A stretch of 36,319 nt of DNA from an uncultured Bacteroidia bacterium (GTDB lineage: Bacteria > Bacteroidota > Bacteroidia > Bacteroidales > UBA932): assembly GCA_902787295.1 (NCBI GenBank), contig CADAFW010000011.1, forward strand, positions 1-36,319. Reading direction: 5' to 3'. The notes beneath the pieces are model-generated. The model was not told the origin of the DNA. It saw only the letters and a program-made list of their open reading frames with translations, and ran no database searches. Of the stretch, positions 27,781-36,319 are shown piece after piece (within the stretch, counting starts at the first letter, position 1; every line of letters begins with the position of its first letter). A program made the position numbers and the translations under genes.

Positions 27781-29819
27781 TGGCGAAGAAGTACAACAAG
27801 ACCAGGATCATCCTGTCGCTTATCGTGGTGGCGGCGGCTCTTGCCGTCGCCATGCCGCGTACTGCCAAGTTCGCATACGACTACAAGGTCGGCACGGAGT
27901 GGAAGTACGACGATTTCTATTCCGACCTCAACTTCCCGGTGCTCAAGACCGGGGAACAGCTCCGGGATGAGATGCAGGCGGCGGCATCCGCGGTCATTCC
28001 GTACTATCGCTACAGCGAAGAAGTGACCGCCGGCGCACTCCGCACCGCGGAATCGCTCCCGCTGGGAGAACTCAAGCCCGCGGTCGTTTCCAGCATCCGC
28101 TCCATAATGGAGAAGGGCGTGGTGTCCGACGAAGGCATCAAGTGGGATTCGCAGAAGGGCTCGTCCTCCGTCATCTACATCCAGAAGGACAAGCGCGCGG
28201 CCAAGTATCCCGCATCCGAGATATGGAAACTCTCCGACGCGAGGGCGCGGCTACTCTCCGACGTGCAGGCTGCCGGCGCCGCTCCCGGGCTGGATTCCCT
28301 GCTCCGGGAGGCCGGGGTGTATGACGTCATCGCCCCGAACCTGACTTATGACAGGCAGACCACGGAACTCGTGAACGCGGAGCAGCAAAAGACCGTTTCC
28401 CCGACCAGCGGGTACGTGTCCAACGGCCAGCTCATCGTCCGCAAGGGCGAGATCGTGACCCAGGAGGTCGCCCAGATGATCGATTCCTACCGCAACGAGG
28501 TGGAAGCCAAGGACTTCCGCGGCTCCAAGCTGATGCTTTGGCTGGGCAACTCGCTGCTTGCGGTGATAATGGTCGTCCTGCTGTTCTTCGCCATCCTTTT
28601 CTCGAATCCGCAGATTTTTACGGACAGCAGGTTCTTCTACCTGCTCACGGTATTCCTGCTCGTGACGGTGGGCTCGCTGCTCGCCATGAGGCTTGACGGC
28701 GACGCTTATCTCTTCGTGCCGTACACCCTCTCCGCGCTTTACCTGCAGGCATTCTTCCGCAAGCAGGTGATAACGCCGGTATATACGGTGTCGCTCCTGC
28801 CGCTTCTCGTCTTCGCCGACAACGGCACGGTCTATTTCATCATCTTCCTGGTGGCCGGGCTCGTGGCGACCCACGTGTTCCAGTCCATCGGCAGGGTATG
28901 GCTCCAGTTCGCGGTGGCGTTCCTGACCTTCGTGGTCCTCACCGCTTGCCTGGTGCCGTTCAACCTCCTGGGATTCATAGACATAGCCGAGGTTCCCGGA
29001 ATACTCCTGCGGCTCTTCGTGGCATCCATGCTCACCGTGGCCGGATACCCTCTCATCTACCTCTTCGAAAGGGTGTTCAACCTGGTTTCCCAGTCGCGCC
29101 TGCGCGAACTCTGCGACACCACCAACCCGCTGTTGCGCGAGCTCGAGCACAAGGCGCCGGGCACCTTCCAGCATTCGCTGCAGGTGATGAACATGGCCGA
29201 TGCGGCCGCGCGTGCCATAGATTCCAACGCGCTGCTCGTGCGTGCCGGCGCGCTCTACCACGACATAGGCAAGATAGCCAACCCCCAGTGCTTCGTGGAG
29301 AACGAATCGCTCCTCTCGAAGAACGAGGCGGACAAGTACCATTTCGGCCTCACCCCGCAGCAGAGCGCACACGACATCATCAGGCATACCATAGACGGCG
29401 AGGAGATGGCCCGCAGGAACCATCTGCCGTCCGTGATCATAGATTTCATCCAGACCCATCACGGCACCTCCCTCGTGGGCTATTTCTACAACAAGGCCCT
29501 CGCCGGGGACGGCGACGTGTCCGAACTGGATTTCCGCTATCCCGGCCGCAAGCCGCTCACCAAGGAGCAGGGCATACTGATGATCTGCGACAGCATAGAG
29601 GCGGCTTCCCGCAGCCTGACGGAATACACCCCGGAAGCCTATTCGGCCTTCGTGGAGAAGATTGTCGGAGGCAAGCTCGAGGAAGGACAGCTCAATGATT
29701 CCGACCTCACCCTCCACGAACTCCGCACGGTGAAGGAGGCCCTCAAGACCTATCTCGCGCAGATGCATCACGAGAGGATAGCCTATCCGGACAGGAACAA
29801 GACAGAAAACAAACAATAA
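27780..29819 (+). CDS. 7TM-HD family phosphohydrolase (PgpH-like, putative c-di-AMP phosphodiesterase)
   Basis: N-terminal TM, extracytoplasmic domain (GQLIVRKGEIV), multi-TM block, APGTFQHS, YHDIGK, FVEN, HHGT, FRYPG, DSIEAASRS; GTG start overlaps the upstream TAG. Confidence 0.88.
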   Translation: MAKKYNKTRIILSLIVVAAALAVAMPRTAKFAYDYKVGTEWKYDDFYSDLNFPVLKTGEQLRDEMQAAASAVIPYYRYSEEVTAGALRTAESLPLGELKPAVVSSIRSIMEKGVVSDEGIKWDSQKGSSSVIYIQKDKRAAKYPASEIWKLSDARARLLSDVQAAGAAPGLDSLLREAGVYDVIAPNLTYDRQTTELVNAEQQKTVSPTSGYVSNGQLIVRKGEIVTQEVAQMIDSYRNEVEAKDFRGSKLMLWLGNSLLAVIMVVLLFFAILFSNPQIFTDSRFFYLLTVFLLVTVGSLLAMRLDGDAYLFVPYTLSALYLQAFFRKQVITPVYTVSLLPLLVFADNGTVYFIIFLVAGLVATHVFQSIGRVWLQFAVAFLTFVVLTACLVPFNLLGFIDIAEVPGILLRLFVASMLTVAGYPLIYLFERVFNLVSQSRLRELCDTTNPLLRELEHKAPGTFQHSLQVMNMADAAARAIDSNALLVRAGALYHDIGKIANPQCFVENESLLSKNEADKYHFGLTPQQSAHDIIRHTIDGEEMARRNHLPSVIIDFIQTHHGTSLVGYFYNKALAGDGDVSELDFRYPGRKPLTKEQGILMICDSIEAASRSLTEYTPEAYSAFVEKIVGGKLEEGQLNDSDLTLHELRTVKEALKTYLAQMHHERIAYPDRNKTENKQ

Positions 29820-29840
29820 CTAAATATCATAACGAACGAC

Positions 29841-30848
29841 ATGAGCGTAAAAAAGAAAAAGATTGACGACCTCAACCTGCAGCTTACCGTAGAAGTGCAG
29901 CCGGAGGACTATGCACCGATCAGCAAGAAGAAGTTCGCGGAACGCAAGCGCACCGCCGACTTCAAGGGCTTCCGCAAGGGAATGGTTCCCGCATCCCTCA
30001 TCCAGAGGGTGTACGGCGAGCAGATCCTCGTGGAATCGGTCAACGAGGTCGTTTCCAAGTCACTTGACGAGTACATCAGCTCCCAGAAACTCCACATCCT
30101 CGGCGAGCCCCTCGGTTCCGAGAAGCAGCCCGAGATAGAGTGGAAGGACGGCAATGCATTCACTTTCGTCTTCGACGTGGCGCTTGCTCCCGAGGTTTCC
30201 CTCGAGGTTGCCAAGAGCGACGAGGTCCCTTCCTACACCGTGACCGTCAGCGCCAAGGACAAGGCTCCGATGATCGAGAACATGAAGAAGTACTACGCCG
30301 AGCAGAAGGAGAAGAATCCCGATGCCGAGGCCAAGTCCGACGATGACATCGAGAAGGAAGTGGCCGAGCGCATGAAGGAGCAGTACCGGCAGGAATCCGA
30401 GTGGAGGCTCTCCAAGGACATCCGCGACTACTTCGTGAAGAAGGCCGGCCTCAAGCTTCCCGAAGACTTCCTCAAGCGCTGGCTTGTGGCCGCCAACGAC
30501 GGCAAGTACAGCAAGGAGGACGTGGAGAAAGAGTTCCCCGGATTTGCGGAGGACTTCAAGTGGCAGATGGTCCGCGGCTACCTTATGGACAAGTTCGGCT
30601 TCAAGGTCGAGCAGAAGGACATCACCGACGCCGCCGAGGCCTATGTGACTTACCAGTACGCGATGTACGGAATCGGCAACGTCCCCGCCGACATGGTCAA
30701 GGACGCCGTCAACAACGTGCTCTCCGACCGCAGGCAGGTGGAGCGCCTCGTCGAGCAGGTCGAGGACCGCAAGGTCCTTGAGAAACTCAAGGAAGAGATC
30801 ACCATCAAGCCCACCAAGATTACTGCAGCCAAGTTCCGCGAACTTTAA
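29841..30848 (+). CDS. tig: Trigger factor, short form lacking the PPIase domain
   Basis: Ribosome-binding signature GFRKGMVP; C-domain LPEDFLKRWL, FKWQMV; only 335 aa. Confidence 0.88.
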   Translation: MSVKKKKIDDLNLQLTVEVQPEDYAPISKKKFAERKRTADFKGFRKGMVPASLIQRVYGEQILVESVNEVVSKSLDEYISSQKLHILGEPLGSEKQPEIEWKDGNAFTFVFDVALAPEVSLEVAKSDEVPSYTVTVSAKDKAPMIENMKKYYAEQKEKNPDAEAKSDDDIEKEVAERMKEQYRQESEWRLSKDIRDYFVKKAGLKLPEDFLKRWLVAANDGKYSKEDVEKEFPGFAEDFKWQMVRGYLMDKFGFKVEQKDITDAAEAYVTYQYAMYGIGNVPADMVKDAVNNVLSDRRQVERLVEQVEDRKVLEKLKEEITIKPTKITAAKFREL

Positions 30849-30860
30849 CAATCCGGAGTG

Positions 30861-31814
30861 ATGAAAAACATATTGGTCATTGGTTCAACCGGCCAGATCG
30901 GATCCGAACTGACCATGAAACTCCGTACCGGGATACCCGGCAGCCTCGTGGTGGCCGGGTACATTCCGGGTGCGGAACCCAAGGGCGTGCTCCTCGAGAG
31001 CGGCCCCGCGGAAGTCGCTGACGTATGCAATGCCAAGCAGTTGGCAGCCATCGTCGACAAGTACGACATCGACACCATCTACAATCTCGCGGCGCTCCTT
31101 TCCGCAGTCGCAGAGAGGCTTCCGCTCAAGGCTTGGGACATCCAGATGAACGGCCTGCTCAACATCCTGGAGATAGCCAGGGAGAAGAACGTGGCCGTAT
31201 TCACCCCGTCCTCCATCGGTTCCTTCGGCGAATCGACCCCCAAGGTCGGCACCCCGCAGGACACGATCCAGCGCCCGTCGTCGATGTACGGCGTCACCAA
31301 GGTCGCTACCGAACTCCTCAGCGACTACTACCACTTCAAGTACGGCGTGGACACCCGCTCCGTCAGGTTCCCCGGACTGATCTCCTACACCACGCTCCCG
31401 GGCGGCGGCACCACCGACTATGCGGTGGAGATCTACTATGCCGCGGTCAAGGGCGAGGAATTCGTCTGCCCGATTGCGGCCGGCACCTACATGGACATGA
31501 TGTACATGCCCGATGCGCTTGACGCCGCCGTGGCCATAATGCAGGCGGATCCGTCCAAACTGGTCCACAGGAACTCGTTCAACATTGCGTCGATGAGCTT
31601 CGATCCCGAGGGGGTCGCCGCAGCCATACGCAAGTACATCCCGGACCTCAAGATGCGGTACGAGGTGGATCCCGTCCGCCAGCACATCGCCGATTCCTGG
31701 CCGGACAGCATGGACGACAGCTGCGCCCGCGCCGAGTGGGGATGGGCTCCGAAGTACGGCCTGGACGAGATGACCAGGGATATGATCGAGAACCTGAAGA
31801 AGAAACTTCTTTAA
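30861..31814 (+). CDS. L-threonine 3-dehydrogenase (SDR, GalE-like type)
   Basis: GSTGQIG, LAALLSA, PSSIGSFG, YGVTK, PGGGTTDYAV, MMYMPD, IADSWP; adjacent to kbl. Confidence 0.88.
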   Translation: MKNILVIGSTGQIGSELTMKLRTGIPGSLVVAGYIPGAEPKGVLLESGPAEVADVCNAKQLAAIVDKYDIDTIYNLAALLSAVAERLPLKAWDIQMNGLLNILEIAREKNVAVFTPSSIGSFGESTPKVGTPQDTIQRPSSMYGVTKVATELLSDYYHFKYGVDTRSVRFPGLISYTTLPGGGTTDYAVEIYYAAVKGEEFVCPIAAGTYMDMMYMPDALDAAVAIMQADPSKLVHRNSFNIASMSFDPEGVAAAIRKYIPDLKMRYEVDPVRQHIADSWPDSMDDSCARAEWGWAPKYGLDEMTRDMIENLKKKLL

Positions 31815-31841
31815 CCGGAATAAACACACTGATAACCAACC

Positions 31842-33032
31842 ATGTACGGAAAATTCCAGAAATACCTGCAGGATGAGCTCAAGGCCATCGACGAGGCAGG
31901 TCTCTACAAGAGGGAGAGGGTGATCTGCTCGCCGCAGTCGGCTGAAATCACCCTGGCCGACGGCAGCAAGGCCCTTAATTTCTGCGCCAACAACTATCTC
32001 GGCCTCGCGGACAACGAGCGCCTCATCGCAGCCGCCAAGAACGCGATGGACGAGCGTGGCTACGGCATGAGCTCGGTCCGCTTCATCTGCGGCCAGCAGG
32101 ACCTCCACCAGAAGCTGGAGAAGGCCATCGCCGAATACTTCCACACCGAGGACACCATCCTCTATGCGAGCTGCTTCGATGCCAACGGCGGTGTCTTCGA
32201 GCCCCTTCTCGGCCCCGAGGACGCCATCATCTCCGATGCGCTCAACCACGCATCCATCATCGACGGCGTGCGCCTCTGCAAGGCCGTCCGCTACCGCTAT
32301 GCCAACGCCGACATGGCCGACCTCGAGCGCTGCCTCCAGGAGGCCCAGGCACAGCGCCACCGCATCATAGTCACGGACGGCGTATTCAGCATGGACGGCA
32401 ACGTCGCTCCCATGGACAAGATCTGCGACCTTGCCGAGAAATACGACGCCCTCGTGATGGTGGACGAAAGCCACTCCGCAGGCGTGGTAGGCCCTACCGG
32501 AAGGGGAGTGGCCGAGCAGTTCGGCTGCTACGGACGCATCGACATCCACACCGGCACCCTCGGAAAAGCCTTCGGAGGCGCCGTGGGCGGATTCACCACC
32601 GGCCGCAAGGAAATCATCGACATGCTCCGCCAGAGGTCCCGTCCCTATCTCTTCTCCAATTCGGTACCGCCCATGATCGTCGCCGCCGCCCTCGAGACCT
32701 TCAAGATCCTCGGCGAGAGCAACGAACTGCACGACAGGCTCGTGGAGAACGTGGAGTACTTCCGCGGGAAGATGATGGACGCCGGTTTCGACATCAAGCC
32801 CACCCAGAGCGCCATCTGTGCGGTGATGCTCTACGATGCACCGCTGAGCCAGAAATTCGCCGCGGAGATCGCCAAGGAAGGCATCTTCGTGACCGGATTC
32901 TACTATCCCGTCGTCCCCAAGGGACAGGCCAGGATTCGCGTGCAGCTTTCCGCCGCCCACAAGCGTGAGCAGCTGGACAAGGCAGTCCAGTCTTTCATCA
33001 AGGTTGGAAAGCAGCTTGGCGTGCTGAAATAG
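31842..33032 (+). CDS. kbl: 2-amino-3-ketobutyrate CoA ligase (glycine C-acetyltransferase)
   Basis: NFCANNYLGL, SVRFICG, SCFDANGG, LNHASIIDG, TLGKA, RSRPYLFSNS, YPVVPKGQARIRVQLSAAH. Confidence 0.96.
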   Translation: MYGKFQKYLQDELKAIDEAGLYKRERVICSPQSAEITLADGSKALNFCANNYLGLADNERLIAAAKNAMDERGYGMSSVRFICGQQDLHQKLEKAIAEYFHTEDTILYASCFDANGGVFEPLLGPEDAIISDALNHASIIDGVRLCKAVRYRYANADMADLERCLQEAQAQRHRIIVTDGVFSMDGNVAPMDKICDLAEKYDALVMVDESHSAGVVGPTGRGVAEQFGCYGRIDIHTGTLGKAFGGAVGGFTTGRKEIIDMLRQRSRPYLFSNSVPPMIVAAALETFKILGESNELHDRLVENVEYFRGKMMDAGFDIKPTQSAICAVMLYDAPLSQKFAAEIAKEGIFVTGFYYPVVPKGQARIRVQLSAAHKREQLDKAVQSFIKVGKQLGVLK

Positions 33033-33920
33033 CTATTTCTCCTTGATCGCGTTGGCCCTGTATTCAGAGGCCGTGATCCCGAGATGCTCCTTGAAGAAGC
33101 AGCAGAAGCGGCTGATGGAGTCATATCCGACACTGTAGGATATCTCCTTGATGCTCTTCCCTGTGTTGGCAAGGAGCATCTTTGATTTGTTCAGGCGCTG
33201 CTGGAGGGCGTAGTTCGCCATGGACATTCCCGTAGTGGCCCTGAACTGCTCCCGGAGGAGACTGTAGCTCACCCCGAGGCGCTTTGCCACCTCGCCGGGG
33301 GAGATGTGCTCGTGGAGATGCTCGCGCAGGAGTATCTGGGCGTCGAGCACCGTCTGGTTATGCTTCTTGTGAAGGGAGTCGAAATTGGTCCTGTCGTATT
33401 CCACCTGCCTTACGAGGGCGCCTATCCAGCCCATCATCGCCTTCTGGTTGTCCTTGCGCTCGAAATGGGCCAGGGACATGACGGTCTCGTAGATATAGAG
33501 CACGCGGTCGTCTATGCCTATGTGAAGTACGGGGTCGGACTTGTCGTACATCGACCTCATCGAAGCCTCGAATTCCCTGTTGCCCTTGAATCCGATCCAG
33601 TACTCGTGCCAGCCAACCTTCTCGTCGGGATGGTAGATGTGCCTTTCGCCGGGGAAGAGAATGATGATGTCTCCCGTCCGGATCTTCATCCTCGTGCATG
33701 AATCCGACTCGAACCAGCCCTCTCCGTGGGTGATGTAGACCATCTGGTATTCGTCCAGCACGCGTCCACGCGTGGAGAAATTATAGAGGTCGGGATGGTT
33801 GGATACCGGGTAGGAACTGTGAGGCTCGCAGTTCTGGTAGCCGACGGTCGTACAGATGACCGGCTGGAACTCGTGCGATTCCCCCGAGAGGTAGTACATG
33901 CTGTCCTTGGTAGTGCTCAT
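33033..33920 (-). CDS. AraC family transcriptional regulator
   Basis: Cupin-like N-domain (GRVLDEYQMVYITHGEG, WHEYWIGF); C-terminal double HTH (SIKEISYSVGYDSISRFCCFFKEHLGITASEYR). Confidence 0.93.
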   Translation of the reverse strand: MSTTKDSMYYLSGESHEFQPVICTTVGYQNCEPHSSYPVSNHPDLYNFSTRGRVLDEYQMVYITHGEGWFESDSCTRMKIRTGDIIILFPGERHIYHPDEKVGWHEYWIGFKGNREFEASMRSMYDKSDPVLHIGIDDRVLYIYETVMSLAHFERKDNQKAMMGWIGALVRQVEYDRTNFDSLHKKHNQTVLDAQILLREHLHEHISPGEVAKRLGVSYSLLREQFRATTGMSMANYALQQRLNKSKMLLANTGKSIKEISYSVGYDSISRFCCFFKEHLGITASEYRANAIKEK

Positions 33921-33945
33921 GTTTTCTGTTTTTGACAGATTGTTG

Positions 33946-33982
33946 CAAATTTATGAAAATATCGAAAAAAACCATAAATTTG
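33946..33982. promoter_or_regulatory. Divergent -7 boxes forming a 10-bp inverted repeat
   Basis: CAAATTTATG (33946-33955) ... CATAAATTTG (33973-33982); TAAATTTG on each strand. Confidence 0.65.
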
Positions 33983-35302
33983 TTAGAACGCCGTAGGTAC
34001 GTGTTTTATTTCCTCGGCGACGGAATGGGCCTGAACCAGGTCCACCTCACCCAGGGCTACAACTCGGCCCTCGGCCTGCCGTCCGTCCCTTACCTGGACT
34101 TCCCGGTATTCACGATGATAACGACGCATTCCGCCAGTTCGCTCGTTACCGATTCTGCCGCGGCCGGAACGGCACTTTCCACCGGCGGCAAGACCAGGAA
34201 CGGCAGCCTCGGAGTGGATGCCGACGGCAATCGGCTCGTGAACATCATGGAGCTTGCCCATGCCAAGGGCTATGGCACCGGCGTTGTGACTTCCGTCGGC
34301 GTGAACCACGCTTCCCCCGCGGCATTCTATGCTCACGTCGGGCGCAGGCACGAATACACCGAGATCACCCGTCAGCTGATCGAGGAACCGGTGATTGACT
34401 TTGCCGCCGGCGCCACCATCCTGATCCAGCGCGGAGACACCCTCAAGCCGGAAGATTACGTGCAGCGCGCCCGCGGGAACGGAATGCGTGTATACTGCGG
34501 CAAGTCCGAGTATGCCGGAGCTGCGAAAGGGGAGAGGGTGCTGTATCTTTCCGACAGGCTCGACAAGAAATACATCCCTTATGCAATAGACCGCAAGGAA
34601 GGCGACATGAGCCTCGCGGACTTCACTTCCGCCGCCATCGACTACCTTTATCCCAACTATCGCAAGGGGTTCGTCCTCTTCATCGAGGGCGGCCAGATAG
34701 ACCACGCCTGCCATTCCAGGGATGCCGGCAACTGCGTGCACGAGACCAACGACATGTCCGAATCCGTAAGGCTTGCGCTGGATTTCTATGCCAGGCATCC
34801 GAACGAGACCCTGATAATCATCACTGCCGACCACGAAACAGGCGGGCTCGTGATGAGCAAGGGTTCATACGAGCTGCATCCCGAACTGCTTGCCGGCCAG
34901 AAGTGCTCCCTCGAGTCCCTCACGGCGCAGATCGCGGAGCTCAGAAAAAGCAAGCCCGAAGTGTCCTGGTCCGAGCTCAAGGCTCTCATCAGCCGTCAGA
35001 CCGGCCTTTGGGACAGCGTTCCCGTGAGCGCGCAGGACGAGAAGAGATTCACCCAGATCTACAAGGAATCCTTCCTGGACATGGACGGGGCCGTGGAGAA
35101 GAACCTCTATTCCGCCAACGAGCGCATCGCAGCGGAATGCCTGATCTTCCTCGGGGGCGAGGCCAGGTACACTTGGGCCACCAGCAGCCATTCCGGCACG
35201 CCGACACCTCTTTACGTGAAGGGTGCCAAGGCCATGGAGTTCATTTCCTGCCGGGACAACACCGATGTCCCCAAGGTTCTCAAGAAAGTCGCAAAGTTTT
35301 GA
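33953..35302 (+). CDS. Alkaline phosphatase (PhoA family); signal peptide absent, start uncertain
   Basis: YVFYFLGDGMG, VTDSAAAGTA (catalytic Ser), HASPAAF, EGGQIDHACH, TADHETGG, HSG; no hydrophobic N-terminus. Confidence 0.85.
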   Translation: MKISKKTINLLERRRYVFYFLGDGMGLNQVHLTQGYNSALGLPSVPYLDFPVFTMITTHSASSLVTDSAAAGTALSTGGKTRNGSLGVDADGNRLVNIMELAHAKGYGTGVVTSVGVNHASPAAFYAHVGRRHEYTEITRQLIEEPVIDFAAGATILIQRGDTLKPEDYVQRARGNGMRVYCGKSEYAGAAKGERVLYLSDRLDKKYIPYAIDRKEGDMSLADFTSAAIDYLYPNYRKGFVLFIEGGQIDHACHSRDAGNCVHETNDMSESVRLALDFYARHPNETLIIITADHETGGLVMSKGSYELHPELLAGQKCSLESLTAQIAELRKSKPEVSWSELKALISRQTGLWDSVPVSAQDEKRFTQIYKESFLDMDGAVEKNLYSANERIAAECLIFLGGEARYTWATSSHSGTPTPLYVKGAKAMEFISCRDNTDVPKVLKKVAKF

Positions 35303-35315
35303 TACATAGAATATT

Positions 35316-36319
35316 ATGAAGGAATACATAGAACAGAACAAAGAGAGGTTCTTCGAGGAACTCTTTACCATCCTCAGGATCCCGTCCATCAGCGCCAAGC
35401 CGGACCACAAGCCGGACATGTACCGTTGCGCCGACGCCATAGCCGACCTCCTGAAGGCGGCCGGTGCCGACGAAGCCTGCCTCTACGAGACCGACGGCAA
35501 TCCCGTCGTCTACGGCGAGAAGAAGGTCGATCCTTCCGCCCCGACAGTGCTCGTCTACGGCCACTATGACGTGCAGCCTCCGGAGCCGCTGGAGAAATGG
35601 CACACGGACCCCTTCGAGCCCGTCATCCACGACGGTGCCATCTGGTGCCGCGGCGCCAACGACGACAAGGGCCAGCTGTTCATGCACATCAAGGCTTTCG
35701 AATATCTGCTTTCGGAAGGCCTCCTCAGGCATAACGTGAAGTTCATCTTCGAAGGCGAGGAGGAGATAGGCAGCCCTTCGCTCCCGGCCTGGATCAAGGC
35801 ACACAGGAAGCTCCTCAAGGCCGACATCTGCCTCGTCAGCGACACCACCATGATCAGCGAGAAAGTCCCCAGCATCAATTGCGGAATGCGTGGCCTGAGC
35901 TATCTGGAAGTCAAGGTCACGGGACCGAACAAGGACCTTCACAGCGGCCATTACGGCGGCGCGGTCGCGAACCCCATCCAGGTGCTCTGCGAGATGATTT
36001 CGTCACTTATCGGCGCGGACGGAAAGGTCACCGTGCCGGGCTTCTACGACGATGTCGTGGAGCTTTCACGCGCCGACCGCAGGATGCTCTCCCGCGCCCC
36101 GTATGACGAGAAGGAATACAAGGAATTCCTGGACGTCAGGGCGCTCCGCGGCGAGAAAGGCTATACCACCCTCGAGCGCACCGGCATCCGTCCCTGCCTC
36201 GACGTTTGCGGCATCTGGGGCGGCTACACCGGGGAAGGCGCCAAGACCGTCCTTCCGTCGGAAGCGCACGCCAAGATATCGATGCGCCTGGTCCCGAACC
36301 AGCGCAGCGCGGTGATAAC
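35316..36319 (+). CDS. M20 family dipeptidase (ArgE/DapE/CNDP-like), truncated by window end
   Basis: Not in the ORF track; manual translation MKEYIEQNKERFFEELFTILRIPSISA...VYGHYDVQP...RGANDDKGQ...EGEEEIGS...DLHSG...RLVPNQ. Confidence 0.92.
   Translation, partial: MKEYIEQNKERFFEELFTILRIPSISAKPDHKPDMYRCADAIADLLKAAGADEACLYETDGNPVVYGEKKVDPSAPTVLVYGHYDVQPPEPLEKWHTDPFEPVIHDGAIWCRGANDDKGQLFMHIKAFEYLLSEGLLRHNVKFIFEGEEEIGSPSLPAWIKAHRKLLKADICLVSDTTMISEKVPSINCGMRGLSYLEVKVTGPNKDLHSGHYGGAVANPIQVLCEMISSLIGADGKVTVPGFYDDVVELSRADRRMLSRAPYDEKEYKEFLDVRALRGEKGYTTLERTGIRPCLDVCGIWGGYTGEGAKTVLPSEAHAKISMRLVPNQRSAVI

Overview
High-GC chromosomal segment from a Bacteroidales bacterium. The lineage is inferred from TAnnTTTG -7 promoter boxes, a T9SS C-terminal sorting domain, a PorV-like barrel and a Bacteroidota-type gyrB. 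About 28 tightly packed genes, with no rRNA, tRNA, CRISPR, transposase or integrase. In order: M23 peptidase (partial) / DUF853 ATPase / ROK regulator; an output-less four-helix-bundle-HAMP membrane protein, trkH, RecD-like helicase and S9 peptidase; a THUMP-like methyltransferase coupled to a Y-family polymerase-YolD cassette; an ECF sigma / anti-sigma / Spy-like module; a lipidated subtilase with a T9SS CTD and its own PorV-like barrel; pgm; a broken nth; an orphan FtsE-like ATPase divergent from a ~990-aa TPR protein and a plug-less outer-membrane barrel; gyrB, a probable sulfonolipid cysteate acyltransferase (SulA/CapB-like), a PgpH-like HD hydrolase, a PPIase-less trigger factor, threonine dehydrogenase and kbl; AraC, a signal-peptide-less alkaline phosphatase and an M20 dipeptidase (partial). 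The best candidates for uncharacterised systems are the subtilase-PorV pair, the FtsE-like/TPR/barrel trio and the 4HB-HAMP-TrkH pair. Three apparent lesions (nth deletion, phosphatase 5' loss, PorV stop loss) could be biological or assembly artefacts. All family calls come from motif recognition by eye; no database search was run.
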